64,000 bases of DNA, taken from positions 930,001 through 994,000 of the forward strand of contig MU008161.1 in assembly GCA_010909165.1 (NCBI GenBank). The letters run 5' to 3'. This document shows, in pieces, positions 12,901 through 23,450 of the stretch (its first letter is position 1; each line of letters begins with the position of its first letter). The notes under the pieces are model-generated. The model saw nothing but the letters and a program-made list of their open reading frames with translations, had not been told where the DNA came from and did not search any database. Position numbers and translations under genes: made by a program. Source of the DNA: Anthoceros angustus (Eukaryota; Plantae; Anthocerotophyta).

Positions 12901-13844
12901 ACCAAGCACCTTTGACAGAAGAAAGAACACTTGCGGCCCTTGATGTAAGATACTGACCTTGACATGTTTTACGCCAATTGATCGCCACTCTTGTGGAGAG
13001 TAGTAGCGACTTGTATTCGTGAGATCAATTACCATGCCAATCTGTAGAGCAAACAGACCTGACAACATGAGTTGGGACCCAAAGATAAATTGCGCAAATG
13101 ACCACTTAGCTCTAACACCTCAGGAAAGTTGTCTGACAGTCTTACCTCACGGCCTGCAGTTCTCTGCTTCCGGATTACGTGTGACTTAGAATAACGCATT
13201 CCAGCATCCAACAGCTCATTGAAGGAGTCAGACAGAGGTACTTTAGAAGGAATCATTCCCTCGATAGGTTCTCCCGCAGCGGGACAGTCCACCCAACCTG
13301 GGTAAAAGCATGTGAAAACGCATTGATGCCTTCACATGTAGGAAGCCTTTGGACTGGAATCCTTCAGCGAAACAAATATCAAACTTCACCACAGGATCCT
13401 GCTGGCCCCTACTGTAACTCAGATTAGACAACAACCTTGCGGAAGAGGCCCTGCAGCTCTAAGCCTGTCTGAAGATGTGTAGGTTGGAATAGCAGCCGAA
13501 GGCTTTGCAACCTTTGCTGCTGGCGAGTTGTTCTCCTCCTCCTCACGCAACCTTTTCATCTTCAACCTGCGTTCTTCTCTCTCCTGCCAACTCCCCAGTG
13601 TCAATGATACGTCTCGCTGGAATTTTCACCAGACAGCAAGAACAAATCCATCCACTACGCAAGACTCTCGGCGCTTGCGGCCAATGGAGTCGAGCTGGAA
13701 GTCATGATACAACAGCAGCAATACACATACACGGCGAGCAATTTCCAGGGCCGACTCCTGGTGCTGATCTGGCCTCTGCTGCTGATCTAGCTCCTGGTGC
13801 TGGTCATCTTCATCCTCAGAGGGCGCCGGAGCATTGAGATCCAT
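9928..13844 (-). CDS. mRNA capping enzyme (RNA 5'-triphosphatase plus guanylyltransferase), multi-exon
   Basis: Start MDLNAPAPSEDE...ESALEIARR at 13844. Motifs IDLTNTSRYY, triphosphatase loop VHCTHGHNRTG, GTase motif I YATWKADGTRY, LDGEMVID, HEADGLIFQ. Final exon ILKLPMYAERIREE...GRRA* stops at 9928. Confidence 0.93.
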
Positions 13845-14446
13845 CTCCCTGATATTCCAAACAGAACACTTGACCAATAAAATTCCGCAAGTAATTCGGT
13901 AATCAGCACCTACATGCCCCTCACATTCCAAAGCTATCCTGAGATACTCCACAATCCTGTGTCACCACAGACATATCCTGTACCTGGAACTCCTTATCCG
14001 CTCAAATGCACAGAGCTGCTCAAGCTGCCCACATTGCGCAGAATTGCCTCAGGTGAGATTTGTGTCAACACCACCTTGCCACCGTGACACCAAAAAGAAG
14101 TGATCGAGCTAGGGCCGGCCTTGATTGCCCCTAGCGTCCCTGAACCCCCAGGCCAACGACTAACTTCCAATTCGATCGTTTTCCCCAGTCAAGAGACTGA
14201 TGAGCTTGGGCGTCTTCCGTCTTCCCACTAGCCACACGCAGAGCATTAAGCGCCTGGTTTGCCTTTTTTTGAGGCTTCGTCAGGAAGCTAGCTATACGCG
14301 CTTCCTCACGGCAGGAGTCTGATGGAGGTAATGCAGGATATAGTCCCTTCCACAAATAATATTCACAGACAACACAACCGCATATATAGCCTACAACTAA
14401 CGCAGTCGCGTCGAAGATCTCCAAACAGTGTGGCTTACTGATTAAT

Positions 14447-14454
14447 TAGGGTTT
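14447..14454 (-). promoter_or_regulatory. Telo-box (AAACCCTA) in the divergent promoter between the capping enzyme and CDK5RAP3
   Basis: TAGGGTTT at 14447-14454, ~230 bp upstream of the CDK5RAP3 ATG. Confidence 0.4.
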
Positions 14455-14681
14455 AGCCTGGTCAGGCATAAGATCCCAACTGGAGACGTTAGCACGCTAC
14501 ACATACAGTCGCTGCGAGGATGAATGAAGTTGAGAGCCGAGGATGGCATATATTGGGTCCGAGATCGGAATAGACCTAAGACTTCGAGGACCGAGGATGA
14601 TGTGATGTATCAATTGGTCACAATGCATGGTACATAGAGAAGGACGTTGGCAGAGCAGTACTGTGGTATGATCAGGATTCA

Positions 14682-17469
14682 ATGGATTCCTCGGCAGCAG
14701 GAGGACTTGGAGCTGGAGTTGATCAGCTGCCCATTGATATTTCCTATGCGAAGTTAGGAGGTGCTTGCTCGTGCTGGCTGAGTCGTCGTGCATGTGGTGT
14801 TTTTCGCCAATTGGGTTGCTTGGAGGGGCACACCTTGACCGTGCAGGACCTCATGGACGTTAAGATTTGAAAGTTTCGGGTGGCAGATTGGCTTGTTGAT
14901 CGGAAGAAGCTCCCGGCAGACTGGCGGAAGAAGCTGGTGCCCATCCAGGCTCGGATACTGGCGGCTCTCTCGACCCTGTCTTCAACTGCAGATCCCTGGC
15001 TTCGTACTCTGACCTCCGATTGTAAGTTGCAATCTGAGAACGTCAGGCGGTTGCGAACGTTTGGGACATGCGGTGACGTGATTTGGATTATGCTTCTGCA
15101 GCAACAGGATATCTCGAGGCAAAGCGTACGAGGGAGTTGTTGGTGGACGGGAATCCAGATGCTCGAGGTCTCTTCGGGCGACTTTCGGGAGCTGCTGTGA
15201 GTGGGCAGGGTTTGTTGGGTTATCACGACGCAACGGGAGAGCAGTTCTTGTACTAGGCAAATGAGCTGATGGTTGACAGTTTTGTGCTGTGGGCTGTGGT
15301 TGTAGGGTGAGTGGGATGCTGTGGTTCGAGCATATGAGAAAGACCTTCTTTTTCTGGGAGAAAGTGCCCAGATAATGGTGCAGAACATCAACTATGAGAT
15401 GTAAGATTGGTCTTCGTTGTTTGTGGGATCGTGGATTTTTCCTCCTTTTGAACTGTGTTTTTAGCCACCAGTCATAGACTCTGTTGCACGTTACGAGTTG
15501 CTATACTTGTTCATTTGGGGATGGCTTTTTTGGTTGTGTCGGGCCAACTTGAAGTCCTTATTACAAAAAGCAGATAGCTAAGTTGCAACAGCAAGCTGCG
15601 GATTTGGACCACAAAGAAGCTGAGTTTAAGCGCAATGCTGCTGCATCTGCTCTCAAGTACCAGCAAGCTTGCCAGGAACTTGGTATTTCGGTATGTTGTA
15701 GGCCATGTCGACTGCCTAGTGCAGAAAGCAGCTTGTGAAGTTTCTCCTTCCTGGTCTACGAGGAGGTTTAAACTTTGAATTTAATGAATGGGATGACTCC
15801 AAGGGAAAATCGTTCGTAATTCCTGTCCTGAGTCACTGTCTTGCACGGTTGATAATAGGGTATCAATGTCAGAGCAGAACTTCTTGGTCTTGTCCGCACT
15901 CTGCCAAAGCTATTTGCGGAGATCACAGATGCAATTTGCACTGACAAAATCGGGCAGGCTTTGGATTGTTATCAAGCGTTTGTCAATTATGCCCACACAG
16001 AGCCTCAGGTAAGCCATCTCTGAGGGGATGCTACAACCTGTCGCTGGGTGTACTCAACTCATGGAAAGACTACCTTGTTAGGCATAATGCTGAACGCAAC
16101 TGGTGGATGATTTCAGGGTCAACCTAGAGCAGTTCTGGCCACTCTGAGAGAGCTCCGTGAGAACCCAGAAAGTGTGGTCCTGAATGATCCTGTACAGACT
16201 GGAATCTCTGCAGAACCGATTTATGGCTCGCTGGATGTGTTGCCAGTGGTCAACGGTACTGACTCGGAAACAACTATCATTGATTGGGATGTGAATGAAG
16301 GCATAGCGGACGGGCAGGCTGAAGAAATCAACTGGGATGTAGTGCCATCCGAATTTGAAATAGGCGAACCAATTGCAGAAGTGGTGGATGACAGAAGTGT
16401 ATTGAGAGAAGGGGCAATCAACGAGACTCAGGATTCTGGAGAAATCTGTTGGGATATTGATGTGGAGGATGCTGCAGATGCCAGAGCTAGTCTGGAGTCA
16501 CAAGCAGGTACAGGGGAGGACCCATCCCAAGTGGTGGATGGCAACTTTAGTGTGAAGAGTTCGCTGGTAGATATAGAACATAGGAATCGGCTGCTAAATG
16601 ATTTGTTCGAGGTGCGCTTCCAAGCCATTCCCTATAGACCTGCAGTTCGTCTTTTATGCCACACAGAGTTCGGCTCGAGGGTGTGGAATGTTTCCAGAAG
16701 GGCAGCAGTGCGAGGGACACTAACCATTTGTACTTGTGTAACAGGCATTTCACATGTAGCATGAGTAATGTATGGTATCAACTGACCTTCCACGTCACTC
16801 ACTGCTTATTGTGTGTTCCCTTCCAGCTCAAGGCATTTTTGAAGCAGAGACTAGAGGAAATGCACAGCGACGAAACTGCAGCTTTGCAAGATCAGGTCAG
16901 GGCTGTTGCACCCCCTGATGTTCAACAACACGGCTCTGACTCCATAAGAGAAATCGTCCAGAGCGTCACCGGGATCCTGGACCTTCTCATGAACGACAAG
17001 ACACGGAGCCTAATCATGATCCTTACTTCTTCAAGGTAAGCACGAAGCTGCACACGTTCATCATCCGATCCTTTGACCTAAAGCCGTTGGGAGGTCCGTG
17101 TCCATCTGCTGACTGTACTACCGACACTTTGGCTCAGATTTCTGGACAGAGTAGAAGCTTCACTCAACCAGAAGAAGCAGACGGAAATAAAGTTGTCTCA
17201 AAGTCTGGCTGAGTTCGGTCGGAAGCGGTTGGAGCTTCGAAACACCCTGTCTGCCTTGTGGCCGAAACAGGTACCTATCTCCTTTCGGCCAACCTAAACT
17301 CTTGCAAAACCTGAAATGCATTCTAACATGCCTCCATGTCGTGCAGGAGGCGGCAATGACCAGGACACGGGAGGTGAAGAAGTTTGTGGAATCCGTACTG
17401 TCGTCTCAGTACGGTGGCAGACGCGTTAACATAATCGGAGAGATCAACACGGTCTTGGGGTACGCCTGA
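14682..17469 (+). CDS. CDK5RAP3: CDK5RAP3/C53 (UFMylation-linked ER-phagy receptor), multi-exon
   Basis: Segments [50 protein letters not shown]; acidic linker with IDWD/INWD/ICWD; [23 protein letters not shown]; ends [18 protein letters not shown]. Confidence 0.92.
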
Positions 17470-17574
17470 TCTGAGGGCTGTTAGCGGGATCTCCACCTGA
17501 TTCCGCACTTCAGTCAGTCTTGGATGTACAATTCAGTGTGAAACGTTAATGCAATAGAGGCTGGAGTTGTTGAA

Positions 17575-17730
17575 TTTCGCGCTTCCCTTCCGTTTGAACC
17601 TGCGCGGGAAGAGTACGCGAGAAATCCCGCGCGTCCGAGGAGAGATGGGTGCCGTCTTCGATCGAAGGCCTGGGGGACGGGCCAGTCTGGCGCGCTGCCA
17701 AGTGCCCCACCTTCCCCGCTTTCCAATCAG
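17575..17730 (+). promoter_or_regulatory. E2F-type sites and CCAAT box upstream of the SLBP-like gene
   Basis: TTTCGCGC at 17575-17582 matches TTTSSCGC. GCGCGGGAA at 17602-17610 is a near-consensus site on the - strand. CCAAT at ~17723. Confidence 0.45.
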
Positions 17731-17738
17731 AGTGAAAC

Positions 17739-18905
17739 ATGGCCCCTGCTCAGGAGTGGGATTGTGGCCTAGACGGATCGCCCATGTCAGGGCTGGATGA
17801 GTTCGAGCTGATTGATGACGACCCGCTCTTCATCCAGGAAATCTTCAGCCTGCAGCAGGCGATAGGGGATGACGCCATGGCCATGAGTCCTTGCGGCGCA
17901 GGGACACTGGAGTTTGAAGGCTCGGACGGAATGGATTTGTTCCTGTTTGAGGAGATCGGGAGTGCCGTTGCGGGGGAGGAGCCTGAAGCGTGTGTGACGA
18001 TTCCAAGCGGCTTTGAATCTGCAGGGGAAGATGACAGCCTGACGGATGCCGGCGAGGTGCACGATGGAATGCTCAGCCCTGGAGGAGGAGGAGAGGGCTT
18101 GGGTTCCGGAGCTTCAAGCGTAGCTCTTGCCTGCCGCCTGGAGGAGGCGGGCGGGCTGGGAGAGGCAGCGATGGACATGGGCATGGACAGGCCGTCTCCA
18201 GATCCCAACCTGAGGAGAAAGGAGGGACGGGGTCAGGCGAGAGAAGAAGAGCCTCGGCTGGATAAGAGTTCTCGCGGGAGCACGGGCTCAGGATTTGGAG
18301 ACTCCCGACGACGGATTGGCAGCTCTGAGTGCCGGGGATCCCGGGCTGAATCCGGCCAGGGAGGAGGGGGAAGGGGGAAGCTCGGCTCTCGCGGGGACGG
18401 CGGGGGAGATGTGAAGCGGCGACGGATTGAGAGAGTGGCGAACGACATCACCAACGTGGGCAGCAAGCGGCTCGGGTGTGTCGGGAAGGGCAGGATTGCG
18501 GAGCCTGCGCTCAGGAAGAACCTCTTCCATGTGGCGAAGGAGAATCTGGTGGAGTGGTGCGGGGGGAGGAAGGAGGATGCTGTTGTGGATCTGAGTGATA
18601 AGTTCGTGCTGCCTGCGCCCAAGGGCGGCAAGCCAGAGGCCAAGTGCGCAGAGGAGTCGGACCCTCACCGGTTGCAGCAGAGGCAGAAGCAGATCGATTA
18701 CGGGAAGAACACGCTCGGGTACGAGCGGTATCTGGAACAGGTGCCCAAGCACGCGAGGAAAAGGACAGACCCTGCGACGCCCAGCATCCGCCAAATCTGC
18801 AGCAAGCGCAGCTGGGACGGGCAGATCAGAAAATGGAGAAGGCTGTTGCACGAATTCGATCTACCGGTGCAGGAGGAAGAGGAACTGGCGGAAGTTTTCT
18901 GCTGA
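17739..18905 (+). CDS. SLBP-like: Histone RNA hairpin (stem-loop)-binding protein domain protein; intronless, 388 aa
   Basis: C-terminal ESDPHRLQQRQKQIDYGKNTLGYERYLEQVPKHARKRTDPATPSIRQICSKRSWDGQIRKWRRLLHEFD matches the SLBP RNA-binding domain (RQKQIxYGKNT...P.TP...SxRxWDxQIxxWRxxLH). Long acidic, disordered N-terminus. Confidence 0.9.
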   Translation: MAPAQEWDCGLDGSPMSGLDEFELIDDDPLFIQEIFSLQQAIGDDAMAMSPCGAGTLEFEGSDGMDLFLFEEIGSAVAGEEPEACVTIPSGFESAGEDDSLTDAGEVHDGMLSPGGGGEGLGSGASSVALACRLEEAGGLGEAAMDMGMDRPSPDPNLRRKEGRGQAREEEPRLDKSSRGSTGSGFGDSRRRIGSSECRGSRAESGQGGGGRGKLGSRGDGGGDVKRRRIERVANDITNVGSKRLGCVGKGRIAEPALRKNLFHVAKENLVEWCGGRKEDAVVDLSDKFVLPAPKGGKPEAKCAEESDPHRLQQRQKQIDYGKNTLGYERYLEQVPKHARKRTDPATPSIRQICSKRSWDGQIRKWRRLLHEFDLPVQEEEELAEVFC

Positions 18906-19394
18906 CTGCCCAACAACTGAGGTGTGCAGTCCCTGTCTGGAGAGCCGTGACCACCTGTCCGTCACTTCATTCCCGTATGCTTGTAGTGGGTCCAAGTGCA
19001 CCGGTTGCAGGCGCTACCAGCATGGAGGAAAGTAATAGGTCCAAGGAGGGCGTGAGGAGAGGGTGGAGGAGCATACTCCCATGACTTTCCGTGGGGTCTG
19101 ACCGAGAATCCGCTGGCAGCTGAAAGTGGGAGGACGTCAGTGAAGGAACCACGGTGGCATGAATGCCACTGGAACGGACATGACTACGTGCAGCCCGAGA
19201 TGACAAGGGAGGACGCGCTTTCATTCTCCGTCCTGTTGGAAATGTCGTGCATCAAAATCCTGGGGAATTTCACCTTGCACCCAGGCTTCTCTGCACAGCC
19301 CTTATTGATGGAGGGGGTGCACGACTGCTCCTCTGATACAATCAAGTCGACAGAGGTCTAGGTCTACTGAGGCGTCAATGACTCAGGCACTTCG

Positions 19395-21060
19395 TGGACC
19401 AGGAAGGTGCTTCTGGCTCGCTTGAAGTTGCACGGGCATCAATATCAGATGCCAGTGCAAAAATACCTCATAGGTTTTGGCGAACAGCGAAATGGTTGGT
19501 GCATGCAGATAGGCTATTGTGTAGTTGTAAGTCAGGATTTTCATTCCTGAACCTTGCTCGTCTCAGCCTTCTGTAGATCGGTGAAATGGAAAGTGATGGT
19601 AAAACGTCCGCAGTCCCACATGGTTGCAAAATGAAGATCTTGTGCATGTTGTAAGGTGGTTAGTTCTGTATGTATGTATAGTATAGGGTTCACACTTCAC
19701 ACACTCGCAGGCAATGGAAGCCACGAAGCCACAAGAACCTGTCCAGGTACTCGTCGGGATGCAGCTGAGTTTCGCATCTGAAGGCACCCCGGAGCTGGTT
19801 TGGTCTCCCTTGACGAAAAGAGGGCACCTAGGGAGAAGCGTTGGAGATGTCGGTAGGAAAAGACGATTCTGAGAGCCAGGTAGAACAAGCTTAGGCTGTG
19901 CTCTGCTTCGAAGTTAGGCGGGTAGGCCGCTCGCAGTTGCGAAATTGCAAGGCGGGTAGGCCGCTTGCAGTTGCCAAATTGCTAGGCGGGTAGGCCGCTC
20001 GCAGTTGCGAAATTGCTGGAGGAGGACTGCTGGATACCCTAGTGTTAGGGTATCTGGTTGAAGCAGGTGGCTGTTGTGCAGAGCAGGGGGTGTATAAGTC
20101 ACTTGACCGACCCTGTTACTTGCGCTTGCCTTCGAAAGACACCTGGAAACCCTTGTTCATTACAAAGGGAGAGGCGGCCAGCTGCATTTACTGGCTGCTG
20201 AGACGAGTGCTGGAGAACGTAGTGACTGCCTAATGACCTCCCGGAACAACCCGGAAACAGAGCCCAGGACGGGGCTTAGGTGTGTGAACCAGCCTGAGCT
20301 CGTCAAGGACCAGGAAGATGCTTCTGAGGTGCTTTGAAGTTGTCCGTAGCGGACGCAAGTGAAAAATACCTCAGCTTTTGGCGAAGAGGGAAACCTCTTG
20401 TGATCCTTGTTTGTATCACAAGAAGCTGGTTTGATCTCCCTAGACGAAAAGCGAAGCCGTGATGTCGGCAGGGGAACACGATTCTGAGAGCCAGGTGGAA
20501 CAAGCTTAGGCTGGAAACATACAGAAGGATCGGGAGTTACTTGGAGGAAGAGGACGTCCTGAAGCGGGTGAACGGTATGAATGTGTGAGCCCTCTCGTAT
20601 CGCAGACACAGCTCCACTAGCTCCGGATGACTCAGTTTGCTGCTGGCGCGCCTGAGGTAGAGCACCTTGTTCTCAACTCAGGGTCGACCGCAGCCCTGAC
20701 TGTGTAGTTTGCAACGTCCTCGTCTCTACTGCCAGCACAATCAAGAATCGACCACAGCTGCCAGGGCTTGCTCCCTTCCCCTTAATGTTTCCCACTTGCT
20801 TGGCAGCCTCTGTCAGCCTCAGCTGTGGCTTGGTAATGTCGACCATGTCCTTCACGCCCGCCGCGCCTCCTATAACGGAAATCATCACGTCTACTTGCTT
20901 CAAAGCTTGGATGAAATTCCCCTGCCAAAACCCCGCAGCTTCAAAACCCTGCTGCCCTAGTCTGCCAGCTGGCGCCTGGGTCACGGAATGCGATTAGTTG
21001 CAATGTCAGTGAAACGCGTTTCAAGGCACGCCCCATGGCTACCCACTTGAAGGCCTTGCG
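19395..21060 (-). pseudogene. Decayed isoflavone-reductase-like (IRL/NmrA) gene copies, at least two 3' ends
   Basis: Nucleotide similarity to 60950-62300: 20760-20950 gives FIQALKQVDVMISVIGG...KQVGNIK; 20410-20700 and 19790-19900 match the last exons; 21000-21110 matches the intron-1 and ATG region. Stops, shifts and deletions present. Confidence 0.8.
19917..20018. repeat. 34-bp tandem repeat x3
   Basis: Unit ggcgggtaggccgctYgcagttgcSaaattgcWR, three consecutive copies without spacers. Confidence 0.9.
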
Positions 21061-21625
21061 GATGTTTTCGTCATGAAATGCTCCCGTGAGATAGATCAGC
21101 GCATTCTGTAAGGAGGACTGCGTCATCTCATTACAACATGAGACTCCGAAACACCGCATTGCACCAACTTGGCGCCACCAAATGTACACTTGTCACGAGA
21201 TTTCACCAAGATGCTGCAATCGCAAACGCTGAACATCGCGGACGTGGGAAGAATCGCGTACGAAAACGCATAGTAAATTTTCAAGGATCAAGTAAGGAAG
21301 AAGCGGTTCCAATTCCGCCACGACACTATGAGAGCACATAACAAAGCCCCTCATCAAAGTAAAATCCTATACTAACCACACATAACTAACAACATAATAG
21401 TCATTAAGGTCTCTCGAGTTTTGAATCACCACAAATAATTGGTGATGGCCTAAGGTGGCCATGAATCCCCACACCATGGGTCGCATGTTCTCATTGCCTC
21501 TTGTCCACTTCAAACGCCCTTACACATGATGTGTCTCTTTGGAGTATTGCCTAAGGGTCAGAGACTTGTTCTTGCCTCAAGCTCTGCGAAAGTGGGGCAC
21601 CTGATTCCTAACTATCTCCCAATAC

Positions 21626-22477
21626 CTAACTATCCTCACTATAATGGACAAGGTTTTCAATCAGAATTCTTGTGAGGCACACTGGGAATGCACACCCTAT
21701 AGTCGCAACTCGTTGGCGTCCTAGGACTTGTGCTCTTGACACGACAAGTCTTTGCACCAGAAAAAGCTTGAAATCTTGGATTATTTTCCAGGCATTATTC
21801 CTCATAGTTAAATCTTCAGGATTTTTGAAATCGAGGCCGCATCCTTCCATCATTGTTGCCAGAACTTCTTTCATAAGTAATATATGTTGTGCAATAAGTT
21901 TAGGACCCATATTATCAGGTACTGCATTGTTGAATGGATTATTAACCATATCTTGTAGCGTGCGACCCCCAAAAGTAAAACATGTACACTCGGGTGCATA
22001 ACGCCTACGCACAGCCTCCATAAAATGTTGACGATGTCCAAAAGTTGATGTTCGTTCTCCTAAATTATACCACCATTGTACTACGTCCCGCATTTTCTTT
22101 GAAGAGTGTAGCTGATCATCTTCTTCCACTACCACATCCAAAGCATACTTTGTGGCAAAACTTTCTAGAGCTTCGAGAGTCTCAGCCTTGCTTCTCATTG
22201 TACGAAGATCTATATCACCCTTCGATATCCCATAGAAATTAGCTATGGCAAATTTGTTAACATCTTCAAGGGCCTTAGCCTTCTCTTTCATTATATGAGA
22301 AGATACACAATCCATCAATACCCAGTTGAAGCTAAACAAGACACTTTGTACATGCTGCAACTCTTCATCGTATAGACTTCTACCAAACATGAGAGTCCAA
22401 AGCATCATTGTTTGTAAATAATATTCCTTGATAAACTCGGTAATATTTGTTCTATGACCCGCTTCCATAATTGCCAT
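21626..22477 (-). CDS. Orphan 283-aa ORF in an AT-rich island
   Basis: Uninterrupted ORF with globular, helical-looking composition. No family recognised. A possible upstream exon or intron lies at 22490-22640. Confidence 0.5.
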   Translation of the reverse strand: MAIMEAGHRTNITEFIKEYYLQTMMLWTLMFGRSLYDEELQHVQSVLFSFNWVLMDCVSSHIMKEKAKALEDVNKFAIANFYGISKGDIDLRTMRSKAETLEALESFATKYALDVVVEEDDQLHSSKKMRDVVQWWYNLGERTSTFGHRQHFMEAVRRRYAPECTCFTFGGRTLQDMVNNPFNNAVPDNMGPKLIAQHILLMKEVLATMMEGCGLDFKNPEDLTMRNNAWKIIQDFKLFLVQRLVVSRAQVLGRQRVATIGCAFPVCLTRILIENLVHYSEDS

Positions 22478-22698
22478 GATATATTTGCTTACCCTAGTAT
22501 AGATAAAATAAAGAGATTAGATCATAGGAAGTTAGACACATGTAGTAATTTCATCTAGGAATTACAATGAAAGTAAATTGATATAATGTCCACATCAATA
22601 ACATAATCAAATCTCACCTTGATGTAGTAAGTAAGAATTTCACACTTAAAGATATGATCAAAAGTTCTTAATATCTGATAAATATGAATTCACATACG

Positions 22699-22719
22699 AA
22701 CAACAACAACAACAACAAC
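22699..22719. repeat. (AAC)7 microsatellite
   Basis: Read directly from the sequence. Confidence 0.95.
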
Positions 22720-23192
22720 GAAGATCGATAAGCACTTTAGGTACAGTATCTAAAACAATAAAAATATTATAATTTTTAATATATGAAGTACTATAAACAT
22801 ATAAATTATAATAACACTCGCCTTTGAACAACCACTAGCGCCGACAATGAAATTGATATACAATAATTATTCATGACACACGTATATAGCCAGAGGACAA
22901 AACCTAGCTCGATGATAACGCTGGGTGGGTTAGCTGACGATGGGAACCTGCCGCGACATTTGGCGGGAACTATTGTTGTTATATTTACTAAAATAAATTA
23001 AAATAATTGAAATTACTAAAAATAAATTTTATATATCAAATAAAAAACTAGGCGCATACATGAAATGCTAAACTATTACTTGGTCTTTTTCTCTCATTTA
23101 TAAATAGTAAAAAAAATGACATGTCAAAATAAATTGTGCTATATCTTTTGTTTGTATATGAAAAGGAGCAGGGGTTCGGGGTCCTTCGCACC

Positions 23193-23450
23193 TGTACATA
23201 CACACCACCACGCGTTAGGGTCCATCACCAGGACCTGGATCAGTCTCTCCGAAGTAGTCTTGCCCGCTCAGTGACTCGGGACTTGCCTTAGCAAGGGACA
23301 CACAAAGGGCCTGCAAGGATAACGCGGTATCAACCCTAAAAGAAAGATCGCTTTAATGGAGTGGCAACCGCCCTCTTATACTACGTCATGAGGGAGCGCC
23401 TTTATTACACCCCTGCCCTAAGCTAATGTCCAGCTCATTATGCCTTAGCA
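23193..23450 (-). repeat. 3' LTR (258 bp) of a minus-oriented LTR retrotransposon remnant
   Basis: TG...CA ends (TGTACATAC...CCTTAGCA). A polypurine tract AGGGAAAATAGGGAAGAGAGAGGGGC abuts it on the - strand (~23453-23478). TATAAG inside. No partner LTR in the window. Confidence 0.7.

Noticed and set aside
17750-18916. Several long - strand ORFs over SLBP, and the many 60-200 aa ORFs in the GC-rich tracts at 23.4-28.8 kb and 43.4-43.9 kb
   Set aside because: These are antisense or alternate-frame products of GC-rich or low-complexity DNA with few stop codons.
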